In this document: piece by piece, positions 30,779 through 39,444 of the stretch
How positions within the stretch are numbered: position 1 is the first letter of the stretch
Layout: every line of letters begins with the position of its first letter
NCBI GenBank assembly: GCA_905236645.1
Contig: CAJOMZ010000013.1
Span: forward strand, 3,315 to 67,314
DNA: 64,000 bases
Source: an uncultured Bacteroidales bacterium
GTDB taxonomy: Bacteria > Bacteroidota > Bacteroidia > Bacteroidales > P3
Reading direction: 5' to 3'
Notes under the pieces: generated by a model
Database searches by the model: none
Seen by the model: the letters and a program-made list of their open reading frames with translations, nothing else
What the model was told of the DNA's origin: nothing
Translations under genes and position numbers: made by a program

Positions 30779-32242
30779 TTAGAATTGAAAATAGATGAAC
30801 GCCTCGCTTTCGGAAGAGTATAATACTATACAGAATATCAATAGATAATAGATTGCTATGCGCAACCATTTGTACTTTATTCCGTCAATGGAAAGTCCGT
30901 GTTCTTTTGTCCGGGTAAACCATTCGGTTACAAGCATTGCCAGAACGAAAAACAGCGTCAATCCTGGTGCCTGTGGCTTCGTGAAAAGGTCGCGTCTGAA
31001 AATGTTTGATATGAATTCAAACGCCTGGCTGATGTTTTCCGACCTGAATATGATCCATCCGAACATTGCCGTAATGAAAGTCAGCAGCATCTGCAGAACC
31101 TCGCGCAGCGACGGAAACACTTTGCCTTCGGCCACGATGCCTGTGTATCTGCGGTTTTTGCCAAGCAATATCAGCGGCAGGAACAGCAGTGCGTGGTAGG
31201 CACCCCAGGCGATGAATGTCCAGTTTGCACCGTGCCACAGTCCGCTGACGAGGAAGATAATGAAAGTGTTGCGTATAATCTTAGCCTTGCCGACGCGGCT
31301 GCCGCCAAGCGGTATGTAGAGGTAGTCGCGGAACCAGGTGGTCAGCGAGATGTGCCAGCGGCGCCAGAACTCGGCGATGTCACGACTTAAATAGGGTACA
31401 TTGAAGTTGCGCATCAGCTTGATGCCGAACAGCTTTGCTGTGCCGATGGCAATGTTGGAGTAGCCAGAGAAGTCGCCGTAGATTTGGAAAGTGAAACAGA
31501 TGGCTGCCATCAGCAGCGTGCTGCCGCTTTGCGATGCGTAGTCGTTCCACACGGTGTCAACAAACGAGGCGCAACGGTCTGCAACAACCATTTTCGCAAA
31601 AAAGCCCCACAGTATCTGGCGGCAGCCGTCGACGGCAGTGGCATAGTCGAATTCGCGTTTTTGGCTGAACTGCGGTAACAAGTTTGTGGCGCGTTCGATG
31701 GGACCGGCCACAAGCTGCGGGAAGAAACTGACGTATGCAAAGAAAGCCACAATGTCGTGTGTGGGTTCCAGTTTGCGACGGAAGACATCGATGCTGTAGC
31801 TCAGTGCCTGGAAAGTGTAGAACGATATACCCACAGGCAGGATGATGTTCAGCAGCAGTCGGTCGGCGTTGAGGGCAGGGAAGAGGGCTGCAAACGATTC
31901 AACAAAGAAGTTGTAGTATTTGAAAACACCGAGAATCAGCAGATTGACAACGATATTCGCCGCCGTAATCCACCGAGCTTTCTTTTCGCATCTTTTGATA
32001 AAGTTTTCGTCATCGTTTTCGTTCCCGTTAATCCTTACCCTTTCGATCCACAGTCCGGAAGCATAGCTACATAGCGAAGTGAAAGCGATGAGTATCAGAA
32101 AACGCCAGTCCCACCAGCCATAGAAGAAATAGGAGGCCACAACGACAAAGGCATTCTGCAGTTTCAGCCTATCCTTCAACAGCCAATAAATGGCGAAAAC
32201 CACAGGAAGAAATATCAGAAATTCTATTGAGTTGAAGAGCAT
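30779..32242 (-). CDS. MBOAT family O-acyltransferase (AlgI/DltB-like)
   Basis: N-terminal MLFNSIEFLIFLPVVF, the WRRWHISL histidine motif and LWHG. Length is 487 aa. Confidence 0.9.
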   Translation of the reverse strand: MLFNSIEFLIFLPVVFAIYWLLKDRLKLQNAFVVVASYFFYGWWDWRFLILIAFTSLCSYASGLWIERVRINGNENDDENFIKRCEKKARWITAANIVVNLLILGVFKYYNFFVESFAALFPALNADRLLLNIILPVGISFYTFQALSYSIDVFRRKLEPTHDIVAFFAYVSFFPQLVAGPIERATNLLPQFSQKREFDYATAVDGCRQILWGFFAKMVVADRCASFVDTVWNDYASQSGSTLLMAAICFTFQIYGDFSGYSNIAIGTAKLFGIKLMRNFNVPYLSRDIAEFWRRWHISLTTWFRDYLYIPLGGSRVGKAKIIRNTFIIFLVSGLWHGANWTFIAWGAYHALLFLPLILLGKNRRYTGIVAEGKVFPSLREVLQMLLTFITAMFGWIIFRSENISQAFEFISNIFRRDLFTKPQAPGLTLFFVLAMLVTEWFTRTKEHGLSIDGIKYKWLRIAIYYLLIFCIVLYSSESEAFIYFQF

Positions 32243-32251
32243 AGATTGTAA

Positions 32252-33196
32252 TTAAAACTTTTGTTTTTTTGTGGAATGTATAATTGTTAGGTATCCAAGG
32301 CTATCTAAGTCGTGAGCGAGAATTCGGGAGAATTTTTCAGCTCCTTTCCGGTTCAGGTGTTGGGCATTGTAAAAATATGCAGTGTCATAGCATATAGGGT
32401 TGTGCGTGTAGTCAAGAATTTGTGCATCACATATCGAGGCCATATTGCGATACATAGCCCACATTGCGGCTGTGTCGTCAATTTTGTTTGTGGCCTATAT
32501 ATATATTGGGGAATGGACAAAGATTACACTCACACCGTCTTGCTTGCATTTTTCAAGCCATTGTTCTGTTTGTTTTATGACAGAGGAATCGTGGCTGTAG
32601 TGTATCGTGTCGATGTGTTCAAGTTGGCTGCCGTCCCAATTCCTGTCATTTCCATAATAACCTTTGTATATTATGTTGGTGTTTTTTAATGAATTAAGAA
32701 TGCTCTTAACTGAACCTCTGTATTTCAACATAGGTATAAGTCTGTCGGATTGACGTATTCTATGTGTTTCGTGGATGTTTTTATAGATTTCTTTTTTGAA
32801 AAGATATGGGTAGAATTGTTGTTTGTGGTAAGGGTTACTTTTTTCTACGGACAGAGAATGGATGTCAACAATTACAAGTCTGGGCGCAGGATTGTGTTCT
32901 GTGTAGATATCGTAGGTCAGGAGGCTGATGTCTATTTTTTTGCCGTTTCTGCCTAAATTATAGCAGTTTGTTGAAAGGGCGCTGTCTATGATTCTGGGGT
33001 CGTAATGCAAATACGCACGTGAACTGCCCAAAATCAGCAGGTCGTAGTCCATTTTTCCAGAATAGATCCTGTCCCATACATTCCCGTCATCGAGTGTGGA
33101 GTGTTTTATTTTGTTGGTCAGTATTGTATCAGGGACGGCAAGCAATAGATACGCACTCCCCAAAAACAATATCACTTTTAGAATGAATTTTTTCAT
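32252..33196 (-). pseudogene. DltD/SGNH-like O-acylation accessory gene interrupted by one in-frame TAG
   Basis: ORFs 32495..33196 and 32252..32464 share a frame. The sequence reads ...VHSPIYI-TAG-ATNKIDDTAAMWAMYRN..., with the stop at 32495-32497. Confidence 0.6.
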
Positions 33197-33381
33197 TTTC
33201 TAAAATCCAGTTAGCAATGAAAGTATGGCGGAAAAAAGTTGAAGCGTCGGCCTGTTTCGAGTTGCCAGTGCTAACCTATGAAGTTTTTCAGCAGTTTTTC
33301 ATTGCGTTCTGTCTTGATTTTGTTTATCAGACGATATTGAAGCGCGTAAAACGCCACTGCAAACAGATAAACCAATACGTA

Positions 33382-34266
33382 TTACAGCGCCCAGTTGTCA
33401 AGCAGATGGTTCGCGATTGTCACAAAAACAATGTGCCAGATATATATCCAGGTCGTATTCTGCCCGATGAAGACAAAAGTCTTTGATTTTGTCAGAAAGT
33501 TCAGTTGGTTACGCAGTTTCCATAGAATTGCAGATGCAAACAGTCCGTAGATAATGAAATATGATTGTGGCGGATACTTGTAAAATGGTGTCGGCTCGAC
33601 CATAGCACGGTGGTTTATGTAGTAAAGGCCGAAGGACGTGACAAACAATGCGGTTGTTATCAGCAAAGTGATGTTCTCTTGTCTTTTGTCGGAATTCCGC
33701 AATCGCAGACCAAGCAGGAAGGGGATGGCATAACCTGTCAGGTAGGGCAAGGTTTCTCTGTAGATTGCGTCCCAAGGGGCAGTCGTGACAAACTGCATAA
33801 TCCATATAAGTACCCCTTGCAACAGAAACAGGAAAAACATCAGGACAAGAAATGACACATACGACATCCGTCTGTTGATTTTTGTCAGTATCGGGGTGAC
33901 CAGCATTATTAGTAGGAACACCTTGAATATCCAGATGCATCCAACGGCACCGTCATCGCACAAAAACAGCGTTTTCAGCAAGATGCTTGTCTCCGGCAAT
34001 CTGTTTGTGAATGCGAAAGCGGCCAAATCGCAAAAAACAAACAAGTAGGCAGGAATAAGCAGCTTTTTGATTCGGGGAAGATAGAACTTGCGCCACGACG
34101 CTGTTGTTTCCCTGTTTCCATAGGCCAATCCCGAAACAAACAGCATAAGTGGCACATCGAAACAACGTATCTGCATTATGGTGTATGGCGCGTGTACGTG
34201 GGCCAAAATAATCAAAGACAAACCGATAAAGCGCAGTATGTCAATATCTTTGTTTCTGTTGTTCAT
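33382..34266 (-). CDS. Acyltransferase family 3 membrane protein
   Basis: A polytopic protein with N-terminal DIDILRFIGLSLIILAHVHAP. Confidence 0.8.
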   Translation of the reverse strand: MNNRNKDIDILRFIGLSLIILAHVHAPYTIMQIRCFDVPLMLFVSGLAYGNRETTASWRKFYLPRIKKLLIPAYLFVFCDLAAFAFTNRLPETSILLKTLFLCDDGAVGCIWIFKVFLLIMLVTPILTKINRRMSYVSFLVLMFFLFLLQGVLIWIMQFVTTAPWDAIYRETLPYLTGYAIPFLLGLRLRNSDKRQENITLLITTALFVTSFGLYYINHRAMVEPTPFYKYPPQSYFIIYGLFASAILWKLRNQLNFLTKSKTFVFIGQNTTWIYIWHIVFVTIANHLLDNWAL

Positions 34267-34324
34267 GACGTGAAAATCCGATAGGCGAATCCTATGATGT
34301 ATAATTCCTAAAAGGCAGCCAAAG

Positions 34325-35131
34325 CTATGGCAGCGGAGCTATATAATTTTCCCAAAACGTTTCGTACTCATACTTCCGCCAGGCGTGGCAGCCGAAGGGC
34401 AACTTCCCGTTTTTCGAGTAAAGCAGCGATGGGTGCTTCTCGAATGCAAAACGGCTGGCCTCTTCGGGGCTCGGCATCTTGGCACGCAATTTTGTGTCTG
34501 AAAGAAAAATGCTGAGGAAAATGTCCTCGTACAGTGTCTCATCCTTCTTGTAATACGCAACGGTGTTCTGGTAGCCAATAGAATAAAAGAGTCTGTATAT
34601 GCAGTTTTTGAGCGAAGACTTCAGGTCCAGCTGGCTACCTTTCCTCACCGGTCCACGATAGCTCAACACATCGATGAAATGCTGTATGCGACGCAGCGAA
34701 AAACCCCCGTTGCCGACACTGGCCGGCTTCAGCTCGCCGTTCACTTCTTCTATCCACGGAGCCCCGATATAGTCGTATCCCTTGCCGCACCATTCGTCCA
34801 GCTCGTCGCGAAACACCCACGCATCAAGCTGGTAGATAAGCATATATCCGTAAGCATTGAAGCGACGGTAGAAATCCGCGTCCAGCATCAGCAGATTGTA
34901 CCCCTTGATGCCGTCGAAAAACCTTGCCGCAAACCTCTCAACAAACCATTCCGCACCGCATTCCGACAGTACTCTGACGTATTCATCCACATTCAAGCTG
35001 TCAGGACACACGATGCAAACCCGGTGCTGTTTCAGCACCGACGCACCTTGCCTGAGCGACAGTCGCTCGTCGGCAGTCGGCATCTCTTTGTGGACGGGGA
35101 TGACTATAATGTTGTTTTTTTGGGTGGGCAT
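34325..35131 (-). CDS. DUF5672-like putative glycosyltransferase
   Basis: A soluble 268-aa protein in a GT cluster. The N-terminal IVIPVHKE...CPDSL pattern is recalled as DUF5672-like. Low certainty. Confidence 0.45.
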   Translation of the reverse strand: MPTQKNNIIVIPVHKEMPTADERLSLRQGASVLKQHRVCIVCPDSLNVDEYVRVLSECGAEWFVERFAARFFDGIKGYNLLMLDADFYRRFNAYGYMLIYQLDAWVFRDELDEWCGKGYDYIGAPWIEEVNGELKPASVGNGGFSLRRIQHFIDVLSYRGPVRKGSQLDLKSSLKNCIYRLFYSIGYQNTVAYYKKDETLYEDIFLSIFLSDTKLRAKMPSPEEASRFAFEKHPSLLYSKNGKLPFGCHAWRKYEYETFWENYIAPLP

Positions 35132-35187
35132 CTAATAAAAATTACACTTTGTTGTTTGAAATCCAGGAGAACGGTTTCAGCAGGAAT

Positions 35188-36036
35188 CTACCTGTCATTC
35201 TGCCGGCGCAGATGCCCTTTGATCCATTGCCACGGATGCAAAATGGCATTGCCTATGCGATACGGCTTTGAGGCTTCAGCTCTTTTCCGGGTATTTATAA
35301 TAGTGTCTTGGAATACTTTATAGCTGTATTTTTCTGGATCCAACCCGCGGCGTATGCAGGCCTGGTGATAAACCACAATATTCCAATAAAGGCAAATGTA
35401 GTTGTCTGTGCCGTGGCTTACAGATTTGTCAGAAATGCGGTATTTGTACAAAAATCTGTCCAATACAATCCAATCCCCGACTTCCTCCATCAATAGCAAC
35501 AGCTCCTGGTCGTCCCCATAGGGATTGTTCTTGTTCAAGCCTTGTGTTTTTCTGTAAAAGGAGGTCTTGAATGTGACGAATGCCTCTGGCTGAAAGTCTC
35601 CGTAAGTTAAATAGCTTTCACCCTCAGGGATTTGAAGCAGCCGGCTTTCGTAACGGATATTCATACTCTCGTCGCAGTGGTAGTGGCGTGACGAGACAAT
35701 GGCGGCATCGGGATTGGACTGATGAGCTGCGACCATCGTTTCAAGTGCATCAGGCAAAAGCGTGTCGTCGGCATCGAGAAATCCGAACAATTCGCCGTGG
35801 CATTCCTCTATTGCTCTCCATTTGGAATATGTGCAGCCTCGGTTGCGGCCGTTGTGGACTATTCGGAATCTGCCGTCATCAGCATATTTTTCATAAACCT
35901 TATATGAATCGTCAGACGACCCGTCATCAACAATGACGACTTCCCAATCATTGTATGTTTGGGCCAATACGCTGTCGATAGCCTCTTGCAGATACTGGCC
36001 GTTGTTATAGTTGGCGATAAGAATCGAAAACAACAT
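35188..36036 (-). CDS. Glycosyltransferase family 2
   Basis: FSILIANYNNGQYL, VIVDDGSSDDS and FLDADD (DXD). Confidence 0.9.
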   Translation of the reverse strand: MLFSILIANYNNGQYLQEAIDSVLAQTYNDWEVVIVDDGSSDDSYKVYEKYADDGRFRIVHNGRNRGCTYSKWRAIEECHGELFGFLDADDTLLPDALETMVAAHQSNPDAAIVSSRHYHCDESMNIRYESRLLQIPEGESYLTYGDFQPEAFVTFKTSFYRKTQGLNKNNPYGDDQELLLLMEEVGDWIVLDRFLYKYRISDKSVSHGTDNYICLYWNIVVYHQACIRRGLDPEKYSYKVFQDTIINTRKRAEASKPYRIGNAILHPWQWIKGHLRRQNDR

Positions 36037-36049
36037 ATGAAAGAACGAA

Positions 36050-36931
36050 TCAATGCTTGAAAGGCTTTTTTAGAATTTTCATCAAGTGATAAAAAGGGCT
36101 TAGCAGGAAGTGTCCCAAGCGGTAAGAAAATGTCTCTTTTGTAGTCAAAGCCCCTTTTGCTATCATAACCTGTCTATAGTATGTCATTAATGGGAAAGCG
36201 TTTCTTTCTATCGAAATGCCTCTACGGATGCAGGCACATACGGTTGCGTAGAATTCCCAATAAAAAGCATTGTCGGTATTGTCGCCAAGCGAAATGTTAT
36301 TGTTTGTCCCTTGTCTGTAATAGTATAGACATTCGGGGAAATATATAATACTCCCGACTTCTTCCATCTTATAGTAAATGTCAACATCTTCAGCACATTT
36401 TAATAAAGGGTTGACACCTTCTGTTTTGTTGTAAAAAGAACGTTTGAATGTGACAAAATGTGTTATATTTTTTTTATTTATATCTGACGAATTAGAGTCG
36501 AAGTGTTTTTCTCCACCCGTGTTACCTTCTTTTATTATTTGCAAGTCTTTGTCGCAAATGTATAGATTGGAATAAATCATACCGGCTCGAGGCTCTTTTA
36601 TATGATATTGAACCATATGTTCAATAGCATTTTTGTCTAAAGCGTCGTCGGCGTCCAAAAATCCAAAATAATCACCTTTGGACAATTCCACTAACTTTTT
36701 TTTTGTGAATCCGCATCCTTTGTTGATGTCGTTATGATATATCCTGATAGTGTCGTATGTTTCGTATTGCTTTAAAATGGATTCAGAATTGTCTGTAGAA
36801 CAATCATCGACAATGACGATTTCCCAATTGGTATATGTCTGTTGGAAAATGCTTTGGATTGCATTTTGGATATAAGCACCGTCATTGTAATTGGCAATCA
36901 GTACGGAAAAAAGTGGGGCGTTTTCTGACAT
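36050..36931 (-). CDS. Glycosyltransferase family 2 (paralogue of the preceding gene)
   Basis: FSVLIANYNDGAYI, VIVDDCSTDNS and FLDADD. ATG 36931 is preferred over GTG 36940. Confidence 0.9.
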   Translation of the reverse strand: MSENAPLFSVLIANYNDGAYIQNAIQSIFQQTYTNWEIVIVDDCSTDNSESILKQYETYDTIRIYHNDINKGCGFTKKKLVELSKGDYFGFLDADDALDKNAIEHMVQYHIKEPRAGMIYSNLYICDKDLQIIKEGNTGGEKHFDSNSSDINKKNITHFVTFKRSFYNKTEGVNPLLKCAEDVDIYYKMEEVGSIIYFPECLYYYRQGTNNNISLGDNTDNAFYWEFYATVCACIRRGISIERNAFPLMTYYRQVMIAKGALTTKETFSYRLGHFLLSPFYHLMKILKKPFKH

Positions 36932-36932
36932 A

Positions 36933-37769
36933 TTAATCACCGTTTTGTGTTTTTCTATAGAATATCCTGTTTATGGTTTTCATCAATATGAGATTCATTG
37001 TAACACATTGATGGAAAAATTTGTTTTTTTTCCGGAGTGTGTCAATTGCAGGAATTTGTTCATCGGCTACCAAATCATAATATTTTTGAATTATATCCAC
37101 ATCTTTTAAAATACACGGGGAAACAATTTCTTTTTTTATTGTCATCCTTTCTTCCTCGTTTTTATCTGTATTTGTGGAACTTATCCCGTAGGCATCATAA
37201 TAGGCGATTGTCTCGTTGATGTGTTTGAAACAAAGGCCTTTCAAAGCGGATTTTAAAAAGAATTCCCAATCAGACGCTATCTGGTAGTTCTCGTTGTATG
37301 GGCTGTTCCTCAAAAGGTTTATTCTGACAAATGTAGCTTGGTGTGAAAAGTTTGAATTCATCAACCAATAAAAAGAAAAATTGTCAGGATATGTAATATT
37401 TTGAAGTGTATCTTCTTTTACAATGCAGACATTGCCATACAAAATATCCGCCTCGTGTTCTTTTGCAAACACCTTCTCCAGCGTCGTATCCTCATACAGC
37501 CAGTCCCCGCTGTTCAGGAACAGCAGCCACTCGCCGCGGGCGTGGGCGATGCCCTTGTTCATAGCGTTGTATATGCCCTTGTCGGGCTCGCAGCACCAGT
37601 AGGCAAAGCGGTCCTGATATTGCTCGATCAGTTCGCGGCTGCCGTCGGTGCTGCCGCCGTCGATGACAATCCACTCATAGTCGGCAAACGTCTGGCCGGC
37701 CACGCTGTCGATGGTCCGCTGCAGCCCCTCGCGGTTGTTGAGGTTGACGGTGATTATAGATAAAGTCAC
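36933..37769 (-). CDS. Glycosyltransferase family 2 (compositionally chimeric)
   Basis: LSIITVNLNN, VIDGGSTDGS and the DKGIYNAMNKG motif. It has a GTG start. The 5' third is GC-rich and the rest AT-rich. Confidence 0.9.
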   Translation of the reverse strand: MTLSIITVNLNNREGLQRTIDSVAGQTFADYEWIVIDGGSTDGSRELIEQYQDRFAYWCCEPDKGIYNAMNKGIAHARGEWLLFLNSGDWLYEDTTLEKVFAKEHEADILYGNVCIVKEDTLQNITYPDNFSFYWLMNSNFSHQATFVRINLLRNSPYNENYQIASDWEFFLKSALKGLCFKHINETIAYYDAYGISSTNTDKNEEERMTIKKEIVSPCILKDVDIIQKYYDLVADEQIPAIDTLRKKNKFFHQCVTMNLILMKTINRIFYRKTQNGD

Positions 37770-37793
37770 TTTTTTCAGTCTTTATTAGAAAAT

Positions 37794-38978
37794 TTAGAAG
37801 AACTTCACTATGTCTGAAGACAAGAATTCTTCAGCACTTATGCCTCCATCGCCTACAATGAAAGCATCTTTGGGTTTGAACCGTTCTTTAAAAGCACTTA
37901 GTCCGTTTGTTTCTCTCTCGGCATTGCTCTTGACTTCAATAGCAATCACAATTCCTTTTTTTCGAAGAACAAAATCAACCTCGTCGTTGCGTTCACGCCA
38001 ATAAAACACCTCAAATCGACGTGCAAAGGCTTGGCTTACAATGTATGCTCCAATAGATGACTCGAAGACGTGTCCCCATATTCTACGGTCAATAATGGCC
38101 TGCTCAAAAGAAACAGGGGTATAGATTGATTTCAGAGCGTTGTTGTATACCTGAAACTTAGGAATGCTTGATTTGATACGGGCAAAATCAAGAGCATATT
38201 TTTGCAGTCCACACAGCAGGCCGCTTTCGTCAAGCAAATGTATATATCCGGCAAGTGTTGAAGTGTTGCCGGCATCTTGTAGCGACCCAATCATTTTGTT
38301 CAGCGAAAGCAACTGTCCCGAATAAGCAGCTGCAAGCTCAAATGTCTGTCGAAGCAGTGCCGGTTTGTTTACAGGTGTACCCAACAGGATGTCTTTGTTT
38401 ATAGAGGCTTCGACAATAGAAGATTGTATGTATTGTTCCCACCTGTCAGGGTCGTCTATCATAGTTGCAGCACCGGGGTAACCACCAAAAAAAACATATT
38501 GATCCATTGTGTATCCAAAACAATCCCTCATCTCGTTGAAACTCCAGTGGGTCATACGTATTTCCTCAAAACGACCTGCAAGAGATTCTGACAGCCCCTT
38601 TTCAAGAAGTACACGACTGCTCCCAAGCAGTAGCACGCGGATGTCAATGTTGTTGAACGTGTCGTTGTCCCATTCTTTTTTTACAGCCTCACTCCAATTC
38701 TGTATTTTCTGTATTTCGTCGATGACCAGAATGATAGTGCTGTACTGTTTTTGATCTTTGACGCTTCGTGTTGCCGCCCAGCAGTCGGATACCCACGAAT
38801 TATTGGTGCCCGACACTTTGTCTGCAGAATAGAACTGGAATGGTAAATCTATGTCGTTCAACACCTGTGTAACCACGGTGGATTTTCCCACCTGACGGGG
38901 ACCCATAACGACCTGAATGAACTTTCGTGGCTCATTCAAACGTTGCATAATGATTTTATATTCAGGCTTTTTATACAT
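37794..38978 (-). CDS. AAA+ ATPase with C-terminal DUF4143 / PD-(D/E)XK-like domain
   Basis: Walker A GPRQVGKST, Walker B ILVIDEIQ, and C-terminal EVDFVL...AIEVKS. Confidence 0.85.
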   Translation of the reverse strand: MYKKPEYKIIMQRLNEPRKFIQVVMGPRQVGKSTVVTQVLNDIDLPFQFYSADKVSGTNNSWVSDCWAATRSVKDQKQYSTIILVIDEIQKIQNWSEAVKKEWDNDTFNNIDIRVLLLGSSRVLLEKGLSESLAGRFEEIRMTHWSFNEMRDCFGYTMDQYVFFGGYPGAATMIDDPDRWEQYIQSSIVEASINKDILLGTPVNKPALLRQTFELAAAYSGQLLSLNKMIGSLQDAGNTSTLAGYIHLLDESGLLCGLQKYALDFARIKSSIPKFQVYNNALKSIYTPVSFEQAIIDRRIWGHVFESSIGAYIVSQAFARRFEVFYWRERNDEVDFVLRKKGIVIAIEVKSNAERETNGLSAFKERFKPKDAFIVGDGGISAEEFLSSDIVKFF

Positions 38979-38990
38979 TTTCTTACATTT

Positions 38991-39030
38991 TACGCAATGG
39001 ACTGCGTATTTTTACGCAATGCGCTGCGTA
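38991..39030. promoter_or_regulatory. Two tandem 18-bp palindromes TACGCA-N6-TGCGTA, 22 bp apart, just upstream of the ATPase gene
   Basis: The palindromes lie at 38991-39008 and 39013-39030, inside a 22-nt direct repeat ttttacgcaatgNNctgcgta. The nearer one is 13 nt from the start codon. Confidence 0.4.
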
Positions 39031-39067
39031 AAGTTTCGTTTCGTATGTTGTTCAGACTGTTGTGGAT

Positions 39068-39182
39068 GTGCTGCCGCCGTCGATGACGATCCACTCATAG
39101 TCGGCAAACGTCTGGCCGACAACGCTGTCTATGGTCCGCCGCAAGCCCTCGCGGTTGTTGAGGTTTGCGGTGATTATAGATA
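39068..39182 (-). pseudogene. Orphan 5' fragment of a GT2 gene (copy of 37648-37762)
   Basis: 115 nt that match with about 10 mismatches. It would encode SIITANLNNREGLRRTIDSVVGQTFADYEWIVIDGGST, has no start codon, and stops after 4 more codons. Confidence 0.8.
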
Positions 39183-39373
39183 GGGGTGGGGTGTCTTTCT
39201 TGTCCGTCAATATGTCAGTCCGAATGCCCATAAAGGAATTTTGGTGTCAGAATTGAAAGCGCATAGTCCAGGTTTGTATTGTCCAGATATATTTTCTCTA
39301 CTTTGCCGAGACTGCGTATTCCGCCGACATCGTTTCGCAGTTTTTCTTTGTAAACGACAAATCGGCAGTGTTA

Positions 39374-39424
39374 TTGCACTGCGGAAGTGCAATATTTTAA
39401 ATAAAATGCACTTTGGGAGTGCAA
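39374..39424. promoter_or_regulatory. Two copies of palindrome TGCACT-N5-AGTGCA, 32 bp apart; the proximal one may terminate the 242-aa gene
   Basis: The copies lie at 39374-39392 and 39407-39424. On the minus strand the proximal copy is followed by TTTTATTT. Confidence 0.4.
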
Positions 39425-39444
39425 GCCGGCTGCGTTGTCGTTTT

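Noticed and set aside
32496-32506. (TA)5 slippage acting as a phase-variation switch for the interrupted DltD-like gene.
   Set aside because: The upstream and downstream ORFs are in the same frame. Gain or loss of a TA unit would shift the frame by 2 nt and run into nearby stops. A point nonsense change or a base-call error explains the interruption better.
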